From the NCBI GenBank assembly GCA_034521615.1, contig JAXHME010000021.1, positions 21,945-85,944 of the forward strand: 64,000 nt of DNA, read 5' to 3'. Shown here one piece after another: positions 9,387-18,021 of this stretch (position 1 is its first letter; each line of letters starts with the position of its first letter). Origin of the DNA: Halobacteriales archaeon. GTDB taxonomy: Archaea; Halobacteriota; Halobacteria; Halobacteriales; Hikarchaeaceae. The notes below the pieces were generated by a model. That model worked only from the letters and a program-made list of their open reading frames with translations. It was not told the origin of the DNA and searched no databases. The position numbers were made by a program, and so were the translations under genes.

Positions 9387-10165
9387 CCCTTGCCGCCGAC
9401 GGCGTCTCGGTCGTCCTGGACGACAGCCGGGTGCTCGACGACATCTCCCTCGAGGTGAGACCCGGCGAGGTCGTCACCGTAGTGGGCCCCTCGGGGGTGG
9501 GGAAGACCACGCTACTGCGGCTGCTCGCGCTGTTCCGCCGGCCCGACGCGGGGACCGTCACCTGGGACGGGGCGGACGTCTGGGCCCGACCTGAGGCCGA
9601 ACGGCTCGAGCTCCGCCGGCGGTCGGCCATGGCCTTCCAGGAGCCCAGCCTGTTCAACGCCCCCGTGGCGACGAACGTCTCCTACGGCCTGCGGGTGCGG
9701 GCCGACTGGGGCGACCGGCTCCGCGCGCGGCTCGCGGCCTGGCTCGGCGACGACCGGCCCGCGGCCGTCACCGAGGCCCTCGAGGTCGTGGGGCTGGCCG
9801 ACGCGGCCGACCGGAACGCGCTGACGCTCTCCGGCGGGGAGGCCCAGCGGGTGGCGTTCGCCCGGGCGCTCGCCGTCGACCCGGCGATGATGCTGCTCGA
9901 CGAGCCGACGTCGAACCTCGACCCTCGGAACACCGCGGTGCTCGAGGAGGCGATCGGCCGCGCCGCCGACCGCGGCGTCGGCGTGCTCGTCGCGACCCAC
10001 GACATGCACCAGGCCCGGCGGGTCTCCGACCGCGTCGGCCTGCTGCTCGGCGGCGAGCTCGTCGAGGTCGGCCCACCCGAGCAGTTCTTCGAGGACCCGG
10101 AGGACCCCCGCACCCGGCGGTTCGTGGAGGGCGAGCTGCTGGTCGAGGAGGCGACGGTGGCGTGA
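9383..10165 (+). CDS. tupC: ABC transporter ATP-binding protein (TupC)
   Basis: Last 260 codons of ORF 7778..10165. GTG 9383 overlaps the tupB stop (GTGA). Walker [10 protein letters not shown], signature LSGGEAQR, Walker [10 protein letters not shown]. Confidence 0.85.
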   Translation: MTLAADGVSVVLDDSRVLDDISLEVRPGEVVTVVGPSGVGKTTLLRLLALFRRPDAGTVTWDGADVWARPEAERLELRRRSAMAFQEPSLFNAPVATNVSYGLRVRADWGDRLRARLAAWLGDDRPAAVTEALEVVGLADAADRNALTLSGGEAQRVAFARALAVDPAMMLLDEPTSNLDPRNTAVLEEAIGRAADRGVGVLVATHDMHQARRVSDRVGLLLGGELVEVGPPEQFFEDPEDPRTRRFVEGELLVEEATVA

Positions 10166-10875
10166 CCGACGACGGCGAGCTGGACCGCCCGTCCCGGGCC
10201 GGCTTCGAGGCCCGCCTGGGCCGCGGCGACACCGGCTTCGACGCCCGCGACGCGGCGCTGCTCCGGGCCGTCGACGAGCACGGCTCGCTGAACGCCGCGG
10301 TCGAGGCGCTCGGCCGGTCGTTCGCCCACGCCCAGCGCCGGGTCGTCGCGTTGGAGGAGGCGTTCGGGCGGCTCGTCGAGCGCCGCCGCGGCGGCGCCGG
10401 CGGGGGCGGCAGCGAGCTCACCGACGCCGCCCGGGACCTGCTCGCCCGCTTCGACCGCCTCCGGGCCGAGTTCGCCGGCGTCGCCGGCGCTCCCCACACC
10501 GTTCTGGCCGGCGAGGTCGTCGACCGCGACGGCGAGCTCGCCTCCGTCGACACCCCCGTCGGGACGGTGCGCGCGCTCGCGCCGCCGGACGCCGCGGCCG
10601 TCGAGGTCAGCGTCCGGGCCGACGCCGTGACGCTGACCGCGCCCGGCGAGACGCCCGCGGACGACGGCACCAGCGCCCGGAACCGCTTCGCCGGGACCGT
10701 GGCCGAGGTCGACGCCGGCGAGACGGTCGCCACGGTAACCGTGTCGCTCGACGGCGGCGCCGAGCTCGCCGCGCTGGTGACGCTGGCGAGCGTCGAGCGG
10801 CTGGGCCTCGAGCCCGGCCGCGAGGCGGTGGCGACGTTCAAGGCCACCGCCACGCGCGCCGTCCCCGTCGACTGA
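10162..10875 (+). CDS. modE: ModE-like molybdate/tungstate-responsive regulator (HTH plus TOBE/Mop domain)
   Basis: LLRAVDEHGSLNAAVEALGRSFAHAQRRVVALEEAFGRLVERRRGGAGGGGSELT matches the ModE N-terminal domain. The C-terminal RNRFAGTVAEVDAGETVATVTVSL...VATFKATA is a TOBE domain. GTG 10162 overlaps the tupC stop. Confidence 0.8.
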   Translation: MTDDGELDRPSRAGFEARLGRGDTGFDARDAALLRAVDEHGSLNAAVEALGRSFAHAQRRVVALEEAFGRLVERRRGGAGGGGSELTDAARDLLARFDRLRAEFAGVAGAPHTVLAGEVVDRDGELASVDTPVGTVRALAPPDAAAVEVSVRADAVTLTAPGETPADDGTSARNRFAGTVAEVDAGETVATVTVSLDGGAELAALVTLASVERLGLEPGREAVATFKATATRAVPVD

Positions 10876-10890
10876 CCGGCCCGTTCGGGA

Positions 10891-11361
10891 TCAGGACGCC
10901 ACGGCGGCGGGCTCGCCGTCCGCGATCGCCACCAGCCGGTCCGGGGCGATCGGGAAGACGCCTTCCGGCGTGCCGGCCGCCGCCCAGACCTCCTCGTGCT
11001 CGAGCAGCGTCTCGTCGACCAGCACGCGGAGCTCTGACTCGTGACAGAAGGGCGGGACGCCCCCGATGGCCCAGCCGGTCGCCGCGCGGGCCTCCTCGGG
11101 CTCGGCCATCCGGACCTCGTCGGCGTCCAGCGCGGCGCCGAGCCGGTCCTCGCTCACCCGGTTCGCGCCGCTGGTGACGACCACCACGGGCTCGCCGTCG
11201 GCGACGAAGACGAGGCTGCTGGCGATCTGGGCGACGTCGCAGCCGATCGCCGCGGCCGCGTCCTCGGCGGTCTTGGTGCCCTCGGGGAACTCGTGGACGT
11301 CGACCTCGAAGCCGTAGCGCTCGGCGGCGGCCGCCGCGAACTCCTCGGCGCGCGGGTGCAT
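10891..11361 (-). CDS. YbaK/EbsC-family aminoacyl-tRNA deacylase
   Basis: 156-aa ORF. IASSLVFVADGEPVVVVTSGANRVS and GWAIGGVPPF motifs are typical of the YbaK fold. Confidence 0.8.
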   Translation of the reverse strand: MHPRAEEFAAAAAERYGFEVDVHEFPEGTKTAEDAAAAIGCDVAQIASSLVFVADGEPVVVVTSGANRVSEDRLGAALDADEVRMAEPEEARAATGWAIGGVPPFCHESELRVLVDETLLEHEEVWAAAGTPEGVFPIAPDRLVAIADGEPAAVAS

Positions 11362-11398
11362 GTTCGGGGGCGGGACGGCCGGGCGCTTGAACGTTCGG

Positions 11399-11938
11399 TC
11401 AGAACAGCTGGGCGACCTGCCGGCGGGTGGTCTCGAGGTCGCCGGAGTTGTCGACGGTCAGGTGGTCGCCGACGAAGGGCTCGAAGGAGTCGCGGTACTG
11501 CTCGTAGACCGCGAAGTCGGCCTCGCTGGCGTCGTCCTCGCGGGCGGCGATGCGGTCCTCGACGACCGCCTCGTCACACCGGACGTTCACGAGGTCGAAG
11601 CCGGTGTCGAGCTCGGCGGCGAGGTCCCGGGCCCGGTCGCGGTAGGTCCGCCGCCGGTAGGTGCCGTCGAGGACGACGGTCCGACCCTCGCCGGCGTGCT
11701 CGCGGGCGCGCTCGAACAGCTCGTCGTACACCCGGCGCTTCTCCGCCGCCGTGTAGACGGGGTTCTCGACGATCTCCTGGCGGATGACGTCCGTGCGGAG
11801 GACGACGCCGTCGACGGCGTCCGCGATCGCCCGGGAGACGGTGGACTTGCCGACGCCCGGCAGCCCGCAGACGACCACGACGTCGCCGGTCTCGACGACC
11901 TGGCGTTGCTCCTGGATCGCGTCGCCACGGGACGCCAT
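11399..11938 (-). CDS. P-loop ATPase / predicted kinase (AAA_33-like)
   Basis: 179-aa ORF with Walker A VVCGLPGVGKST. Confidence 0.7.
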   Translation of the reverse strand: MASRGDAIQEQRQVVETGDVVVVCGLPGVGKSTVSRAIADAVDGVVLRTDVIRQEIVENPVYTAAEKRRVYDELFERAREHAGEGRTVVLDGTYRRRTYRDRARDLAAELDTGFDLVNVRCDEAVVEDRIAAREDDASEADFAVYEQYRDSFEPFVGDHLTVDNSGDLETTRRQVAQLF

Positions 11939-12019
11939 CAGGCCACCCCCACGGCGGGCGGTCGGCTGGTCGGCGGTACCCTCAGCCCGGGCCCTGGCCT
12001 CATGGACGGGCCATCTCGA

Positions 12020-12041
12020 GGCGCCCGATTAAGGGGGCGCC
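12020..12041. promoter_or_regulatory. Perfect 7-bp inverted repeat GGCGCCC-N8-GGGCGCC in a divergent promoter region
   Basis: Read directly: GGCGCCCGATTAAGGGGGCGCC. It shares the 11-mer GGCGCCCGATT with the hairpin at 14050-14068. Confidence 0.35.
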
Positions 12042-12079
12042 AAGCGGAGTGAAACTGAAAGTCGTCGGGCGCCGCCAGC

Positions 12080-12086
12080 CTTTTGG
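12080..12086 (+). promoter_or_regulatory. TATA-box-like CTTTTGG about 28 nt upstream of ATG 12111
   Basis: Same motif class and spacing. Confidence 0.4.
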
Positions 12087-12110
12087 CCCGGATGCGCGCA
12101 GTCCGGGCCG

Positions 12111-12476
12111 ATGGAGCGCGCCGACCCGGCCTTCCCGGAGGTGGTCTGCCTCTGTGGCAGCACCCGGTTCAAGGAGGCCTACCGCGCGGAGAACAAGCGC
12201 CTCACGCTCGAGGGCGCGGTGGTGCTCTCCGTGGCGTTCTTCGGCCACGCCGACGGCGAATCGGTCGCGATCTCGGGCGCGGAGAAGGAGCGCCTCGACG
12301 CCGTCCACAAGCGCAAGATCGACCTCGCCGACCGCGTCCACGTCATCAACGTCGACGGCTACGTCGGCGACAGCACCCGCTCGGAGATCGCGTACGCCCG
12401 GGAGCGCGACATCCCGGTGACCTGGCTCGAGCCCGAGCACGCCCTCGGCGACGGGGAGCTCGCCGACGGCGGCTGA
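12111..12476 (+). CDS. Hypothetical protein, possibly nucleoside 2-deoxyribosyltransferase-like fold
   Basis: 121-aa ORF. VCLCGSTRFKEAY ... VHVINVDGYVGDSTRSEIAYA pattern. The family assignment is from memory only. Confidence 0.55.
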   Translation: MERADPAFPEVVCLCGSTRFKEAYRAENKRLTLEGAVVLSVAFFGHADGESVAISGAEKERLDAVHKRKIDLADRVHVINVDGYVGDSTRSEIAYARERDIPVTWLEPEHALGDGELADGG

Positions 12477-12485
12477 GCCCGGGGC

Positions 12486-12890
12486 TCACCGGGTCAGCGC
12501 GGCGCGGACCCGCGCTAGGCCGCCCCGGTAGACGAGCACGTAGGCGGCGACGTAGGTCGCGAACAGCACCGCGAACTCGAGGACCGGGATGGTCTCGTCG
12601 ACGCCGATCGCGACGTAGACGCTGGCCTGGGCGAGGATGGCGACGAAGTAGAGCGCGACGAAGACGCCGACGAACTTCCCGACGCGACGGGGCTCCCGGT
12701 CGGAGAAGACGAACTCGATGCCGGCGGGGAACGTCGTCACGATGCTGATCGCGAGCACGACCGGGCCGCTCAGCGAGCCGTCGAACACCGAGGAGTCGAC
12801 GGTCGCGACCAGCGGGAAGACGGCCAGGGTGAACCCGAACCACGCGAAGAAGAACGTGTACACCGGCTCGAACGGGTCGTCCTCGGCCAT
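12486..12890 (-). CDS. Integral membrane protein (about 134 aa)
   Basis: ORF 12486..12950 with ATG 12890 (MAEDDPFEPVYTFFFAWFGFTLAVFPLV...). Four hydrophobic segments. Confidence 0.6.
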   Translation of the reverse strand: MAEDDPFEPVYTFFFAWFGFTLAVFPLVATVDSSVFDGSLSGPVVLAISIVTTFPAGIEFVFSDREPRRVGKFVGVFVALYFVAILAQASVYVAIGVDETIPVLEFAVLFATYVAAYVLVYRGGLARVRAALTR

Positions 12891-13261
12891 GTCCCGGCCC
12901 ACACAGACGGGGGAGGTAAACGGTTCCCCCGGCGCCCGTGACGGCACCACCCCTTCGGGAGCCGTTCGTGGGGGGTTCCAGGGCCCCGTAATCGCGCCAG
13001 ACGCGTACGTCGGTCCGCCTCGGTGTCCCCGAGATTCGAGGCATCGAAGCGGTCCAGCCCCGGCTCACGCATGCGCTCGTCATCGTGGGGACCGTCGGTT
13101 CATCGGTCGGCACGAAGGGATCCCGAACGACCGCGGCCGGTTGGTCGGCCATCGCAGCCCGAGCCGGTCCAGCACCGTCCGAACCCGCTGCAGCCGAGGG
13201 GCTGGGACTCGGGCTGCCTTGGCCGGGCTGATCCACGGACGCACGTAGTCACGCCCGCCGC

Positions 13262-14005
13262 TCAGACGTCCTCGGGGAGCCAGCCCCCGGCGACCTCGAG
13301 GTTCGCGCCCGAGACGTACCCCGCCGCGTCGCTCGCGAAGTAGCCCACCGCGCCGGCGAGGTCGGCAAACTCGGCTGGGCGACCACGGGGCAGCTCCTCG
13401 GGGAACCGATCGGAGTTCTCGACGACGTACGGCGAGACCGCGTTGACCGTGACCCCGTCGGCCTGGGTGTCGGCGGCCAGCATCCGGGTGAACATCAGGA
13501 CGCCGGCCTTCGCGACGAAGTACGGGAAGTTCTTCGGGCTCACGAGCCCGCGGTCGGCGCCCGCGTAGCCGATGTTGACGATCCGGCCCCAGCCGGCCTC
13601 GCGCATCGGCCCGAGCGCCCGCTTCGAGCAGAGGTAGGTGCCGTTCAGGTTGGTCTCGAGGACGCGGTTCCAGGTCGCGTAGTCGAGCTCGTCCCAGCGG
13701 ACGGGCGCGAAGTCCCCGACGTTGTTCACGAGCACGTCCACCGGCCCGAGCGTCTCCTCGACCGAGTCGAACAGGCCGTCGACGGCCTCGGGGTCGGTGA
13801 CGTCGCCCTGGGTCAGCGTGGTCGTCGGCGCGCCGCGCTCGAGCGCGGCCGTCGCCGTCTCCCGGGCGGGCCCCTCGCTGGAGTGGTAGTGGACGGCGAC
13901 GCTGGCGCCGGCCTCCGCGAGCGCCAGCAGGATCGCGCGGCCCACCCCCTTCGCGCTCCCGGTCACCATCGCGGTCCGGCCCTCGAGCTCGCCTCCGTCG
14001 CTCAT
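13262..14005 (-). CDS. SDR-family oxidoreductase (FabG-like)
   Basis: ORF 13262..14035 with ATG 14005. TGSAKGVGRA cofactor motif, NNVG, and the catalytic YFVAK region. Confidence 0.85.
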   Translation of the reverse strand: MSDGGELEGRTAMVTGSAKGVGRAILLALAEAGASVAVHYHSSEGPARETATAALERGAPTTTLTQGDVTDPEAVDGLFDSVEETLGPVDVLVNNVGDFAPVRWDELDYATWNRVLETNLNGTYLCSKRALGPMREAGWGRIVNIGYAGADRGLVSPKNFPYFVAKAGVLMFTRMLAADTQADGVTVNAVSPYVVENSDRFPEELPRGRPAEFADLAGAVGYFASDAAGYVSGANLEVAGGWLPEDV

Positions 14006-14049
14006 GGCCCGTCCGACGGCCGCCGGGGTCATCACTGCCGCGGTGGTTC

Positions 14050-14068
14050 GGGCGCCCGATTGGCGCCC
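14050..14068. promoter_or_regulatory. Perfect 7-bp inverted repeat GGGCGCC-N5-GGCGCCC in a divergent promoter region
   Basis: Read directly: GGGCGCCCGATTGGCGCCC. It contains the same 11-mer GGCGCCCGATT (14051-14061). Confidence 0.35.
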
Positions 14069-14136
14069 CCTCTTAAAGGGGCTAGGGGGTTGTCGCGAAC
14101 CCTCAGGGGGCCGGCCTGCCTCTATCCAACTGCATC

Positions 14137-14277
14137 ATGAGCACGCAATCCCCCACGACGACGATCGACAGCTACCTGCCCGCCGGCTTCCAGCCGAACA
14201 CCGAGCCCGGCCCGGTCGAGCGCTTCGTCACGAAGCCGTTCCGCCGGCAGGCCGAGATCTGGCTGAGCGGCGAGTAA
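14137..14277 (+). CDS. Possible micro-protein (46 aa)
   Basis: Manual translation: MSTQSPTTTIDSYLPAGFQPNTEPGPVERFVTKPFRRQAEIWLSGE, TAA 14275-14277. No homology is recognisable by eye. Confidence 0.3.
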   Translation: MSTQSPTTTIDSYLPAGFQPNTEPGPVERFVTKPFRRQAEIWLSGE

Positions 14278-14325
14278 GCGACCCCGTTCGCCCCCTTCTA
14301 CCGTTTTCGTGCCGCCGAGCGACGG

Positions 14326-14979
14326 CTACCCGTCGGACTCGGCGAGCGTCGCCGTCAGCAGCCGCTTGAGGCCCCGCCGGACCAGCCGGCTGGCCGACGG
14401 CTCGGAGATGTCGAGCTCCTCGGCGAGCCCCTCGAGCGTCACGCCGCGGGGCTCGTCGAAGTAGCCCAGCTCGAGAGCGGCGAGCACGGCGTCGCGCTGG
14501 GCCGGCGTGAGGCCGTAGCTGCCCTCGAGGACGCTCCCGTACTCGTTGATCCGGACAAGCTCGACGTCGACGTCGTTGGCCCGGCCGAACTCCCAGATCG
14601 CCTGGGCCGCCGCCCGGTCGGGGAGCCAGTTCTTGAACTGCCAGGCCGTCCCCTCGTTCTCCATCTCGAGCACGACGCCGTTCTGACGGGCGACCTCCGT
14701 CGAGAACAGCACCGCCTGCTCGGTGTACCGGAGCGAGTAGACCGCCTCCTCGCCGAGCCGGACCACGCGCTCGAACGCGTCGACGGTCGGGTCGCCCGCG
14801 AGCCCCTCTTCGAACCGCTCGAAATCGGCCGACCGGACCGAGAACAGGTGGCGGTCGCCGCTCGGGTCGGTGCCGGCCCCGCGGATGGGGTGGACGATCG
14901 CCGAGCCGTCGTGGCCGACGGTCTCGGTCAGCGCGATCGTGGGGCCTTCGACCCGGAAGACGGCGAGGATGTCGGTCAT
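14326..14979 (-). CDS. Bat-like HTH_10 transcriptional regulator
   Basis: 217-aa ORF. The C-terminal LTPAQRDAVLAALELGYFDEPRGVTLEGLAEELDISEPSASRLVRRGLKRL is the haloarchaeal bacterio-opsin-activator-type HTH. Confidence 0.8.
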   Translation of the reverse strand: MTDILAVFRVEGPTIALTETVGHDGSAIVHPIRGAGTDPSGDRHLFSVRSADFERFEEGLAGDPTVDAFERVVRLGEEAVYSLRYTEQAVLFSTEVARQNGVVLEMENEGTAWQFKNWLPDRAAAQAIWEFGRANDVDVELVRINEYGSVLEGSYGLTPAQRDAVLAALELGYFDEPRGVTLEGLAEELDISEPSASRLVRRGLKRLLTATLAESDG

Positions 14980-15273
14980 GTGATGGGGGAGCGTGGGTGG
15001 GGCCCGGCGGTCTCGCGGGCGTTACCGTCCCTCGGCTGCTCCGACCGCATAGGCCCATCGAGACGACCATGCTGGCGACCCCCGCGAGCGGCGAGCGCGA
15101 ACTCGAACCCCTGGCGGAGGCGCTGATCGAGCCGGCGGTCCCGACTCGAGGAGGTGGACCTCGAAGCCACCCATCGCCGGCTGGTCGGCGTCGGGAGGCC
15201 GGTCCAGAATCGCCGGCTCGAGGCGCCCTGCCCGGTCGAGTCCGTGCCGACGGGACTGAGGCCGGAGCCGCGA

Positions 15274-15280
15274 GTTTCTT
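15274..15280 (+). promoter_or_regulatory. TATA-box-like GTTTCTT about 28 nt upstream of ATG 15305
   Basis: T-rich heptamer in an otherwise GC-rich spacer, at the same spacing. Confidence 0.3.
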
Positions 15281-15304
15281 CCCCGGGGCCCCCCACGGCG
15301 GGGT

Positions 15305-15985
15305 ATGGACGCGACCATCGACCACCGACCCGCCTTCGCCCTGCTGACCGTCGACCTCGAGGCCGGCGAGGCCGTCCGCGCCGAGGCCGGCGCGATGGTC
15401 GGCAAGGACGACGGCATCGACGTCGAGACCGGCGCCAGCGGCGGCCTGCTCGGCTCGCTGAAGCGCTCGGTGCTCGGCGGCGAGTCGTTCTTCCAGAACA
15501 CCTTCACCGCCGAGCGCGCCGGCTCGGTGTCGCTCGCCCCGCCGCTCCCCGGCGACGTCGTCCGCCACGACCTCGACGACGAGACCGTCTACGTCCAGTC
15601 GGGCTCGTACCTCGCCTCCGAGCCGTCGATCGACCTCGACACCGAGTTCGGCGGCGCGAAGACGTTCTTCGGCAGCGAGGGGCTCTTCCTGCTCTCGCTG
15701 ACCGGCACCGGGCCGACGTTCCTGGCCTCCTACGGGGCCATCCAGGAGCGCGACCTCGACGCGGGCGAGCGGTACACGGTCGACACGGGCCACATCGTCG
15801 CGTTCGAGGGCTCGGCGTCGTTCGACGTCCGCCGGGTCGGCGGCCTGAAGTCGACGCTGTTCAGCGGCGAGGGGCTGGTCTGTGAGTTCGAGGGGCCCGG
15901 CCGGGTCTGGCTGCAGTCCCGCAGCCAGGACGCCTTCCTGTCGTGGCTCATCCCGCAGCTGCCCACCCAGCAGTCGGGGAACTGA
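15305..15985 (+). CDS. TIGR00266/AIM24 (DUF124) family protein
   Basis: 226-aa ORF. PAFALLTVDLEAGEAVRAEAGAMV ... GEGLVCEFEGPGRVWLQSRS is typical of AIM24. Confidence 0.8.
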   Translation: MDATIDHRPAFALLTVDLEAGEAVRAEAGAMVGKDDGIDVETGASGGLLGSLKRSVLGGESFFQNTFTAERAGSVSLAPPLPGDVVRHDLDDETVYVQSGSYLASEPSIDLDTEFGGAKTFFGSEGLFLLSLTGTGPTFLASYGAIQERDLDAGERYTVDTGHIVAFEGSASFDVRRVGGLKSTLFSGEGLVCEFEGPGRVWLQSRSQDAFLSWLIPQLPTQQSGN

Positions 15986-15991
15986 GCCGCC

Positions 15992-16937
15992 ATGGCCCTC
16001 GTCGGCGGCGTCGACCTGGGCGCGACGAACCTCCGGGCCGCGGTGGCCGATGGTGCCGGCGAGCCGACGGCGACCGAGCGGACGGCGACGCCGACCGGCG
16101 ACGGCACGGCGGTCGCCCGGGCGGCCGCCGAGGCGCTCGAGGCCGCCGCCGAGCGTGCCGGCTACTCGATGGCCGGCCTCGACGCCGTCGGCGTCGGGAG
16201 CATCGGCCCGCTGGACCGCGCCGCCGGCACGGTCGTCCGGCCCCCGAACCTCGCCGGGCGTCGACCGGATCCCCCTCCAGGACGTCCTGATCGCGCTGCT
16301 CGGCCACCCGCGGGTCTACGTCGAGAACGACGCCGTCGCGGGGCTCGTCGGCGAGCGGGCCGCGGCCGAGGGCCCCGCCACGGACCTCGTCTACCTCACG
16401 CTCTCGACCGGGATCGGCGCGGGGGTCGCGGTCGACGGCCACGTGCTCCGGGGCCGGGCGGGCAACGCGGCCGAGGTGGGCCACCTGGTGGTCGAGCCCG
16501 GCGGCCGGACCTGTGGCTGTGGGGGCGCCGGTCACTGGGAGGCCTACTGCTCGGGCGCCGCGATCCCCGGGCTCGCCCGCGACCTCGCCGAGGACGGCGT
16601 CGACAGCTCGCTGCCCATCGGGAACGAGGGGCCGCCGGCGCCCGACGTGTTCGCGGCCGTCGGCGACGACCCGCTGGCCGACCGGGTGGTCGGGGCCGTC
16701 CAGCGCTACAACGCGATCGGCGTGGCGGACCTCGTCCACGCGTACGCGCCCGATCGGATCGCCGTCGGTGGCTCGGTCGCCCTCGAGAACCCGGGACTGG
16801 TGCTCGAACCGCTCGCCGCCGCTGTCGACGAACACACCATGCTGGCGGTCCCGACGATCGGTCCGGCGGCCCACGGCGACGACGCCGTGCTCCGCGGGGC
16901 GCTGACGCTGGCGGCCCAGGGCGGCCTCGAGCGCTGA
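15992..16937 (+). pseudogene. ROK-family sugar kinase (glucokinase-like), frame broken at 16256-16258
   Basis: N-terminus MALVGGVDLGATNLRAAVADGAG...GVGSIGPLDRAAGTVVRPPNLAG lies in the frame of ATG 15992. The continuation VDRIPLQDVLIALLGHPRVYVENDAVAG...GHLVVEPGGRTCGCGGAGHWEAYCSG (ROK zinc motif) lies in the frame of ORF 15882..16937. Confidence 0.8.
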
Positions 16938-16983
16938 CGGGCCGGGCTCAACGCTCAAGGCGCCCGGCGCCGAGGGGTGGACC

Positions 16984-18009
16984 ATGCCGGCCCACCAGCC
17001 CGTCGAGTCGCCGGACGCGACGACGGTGTTCGACTACCACGACCTGACGCCCCCGACGCTCGCGGACGTCTACGCGGCCCGTGCGGTCGTCGGCCGGCAC
17101 CTCCCGCGGACGCCGCTCGTCAGGAGCGAGCCCCTCTCGGCGGAGCTCGAGGCCGAGGTCTACCTCAAACGCGAGGACACGCTGCCGACGGGCGCGTTCA
17201 AGGTCCGCGGCGGGCTCGTCCTGGTCCACGACCTCCCGGCCGAGTTCCACGACGTCGGCCTCATCGCGGCGAGCACGGGCAACCACGGCCAGTCGGTGGC
17301 CTACGCCGGCCGGGTCGCCGACGTGCCCGTCAGGATCATCGTCCCCGAGGAGGCGAACCCCGCGAAGGTGGCCGCCATCGAGCGCTACGGCGCGACGGTC
17401 GAGCACCACGGGCGGGACTTCGACGAGGCCCGCGAACACGCCGAGGCGTTGGCCGAGGCCGAGGGGTTCCGGTACGTCCACTCGGCGAACGAACCCCGGC
17501 TGGTCGCCGGCGTCGCCACGGCCGGCCTCGAGGTCGTCGAGGACCGGCCCGAGGTCGACACCGTGCTGGTGCCGGTCGGCGGCGGCAGCGGGGCCTCGGG
17601 CTACTGCCTCACCGCCGGGCGGCTGGCCGGCGCCCGGGTGATCGGCGTCCAGTCGGCGAGCGCGGACGCGCTCCATCGCGCGTTCCACGAGGGGCACCTC
17701 GAGCCCCAGGCCGCCACCGAGACCTTCGCCGAGGGGCTCGCGACGCGGACGCCCTTTGCGGTGACGATGGGGATCCTCCGCGAGGGGCTTGCCGACTTCC
17801 TGACCGTCGAGGACCGCGAGCTCAGGCGGGGGATCTTCGACCTGCTGGACCGCGATGGCGTCCTCGCCGAGGGCGCGGCCGCCGCCGGGGTGGCCGGCGC
17901 GCGGGCCCTCGGGGAGGAGCTCGCCGGCGAGACCGTCGTCATCCAGGTCTCCGGCCGGAACCTCTCGACGGGCAAGCTCCGGTCGGTGCTCGATGAGTTC
18001 GGCCGCTGA
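16984..18009 (+). CDS. PLP-dependent threonine/serine dehydratase (threonine ammonia-lyase family)
   Basis: 341-aa ORF. The PLP-lysine region LKREDTLPTGAFKVRGG and the GGGSGASG loop are present. Confidence 0.8.
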   Translation: MPAHQPVESPDATTVFDYHDLTPPTLADVYAARAVVGRHLPRTPLVRSEPLSAELEAEVYLKREDTLPTGAFKVRGGLVLVHDLPAEFHDVGLIAASTGNHGQSVAYAGRVADVPVRIIVPEEANPAKVAAIERYGATVEHHGRDFDEAREHAEALAEAEGFRYVHSANEPRLVAGVATAGLEVVEDRPEVDTVLVPVGGGSGASGYCLTAGRLAGARVIGVQSASADALHRAFHEGHLEPQAATETFAEGLATRTPFAVTMGILREGLADFLTVEDRELRRGIFDLLDRDGVLAEGAAAAGVAGARALGEELAGETVVIQVSGRNLSTGKLRSVLDEFGR

Positions 18010-18021
18010 ACCCGGCGGCGC

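Noticed and set aside
7778-10165. 795-aa plus-strand ORF spanning tupA to tupC
   Set aside because: Only the last 260 codons (from GTG 9383) are a real ABC ATPase. The upstream part is out-of-frame read-through of tupA and tupB.
14980-15304. Short ORF fragments in the 325-nt divergent region between the Bat-like regulator and the AIM24 gene
   Set aside because: Candidate peptides (MLATPASGERELEPLAEALIEPAV..., MGGFEVHLLES...) cannot be extended into a plausible protein in any frame combination. The region is treated as a regulatory spacer.
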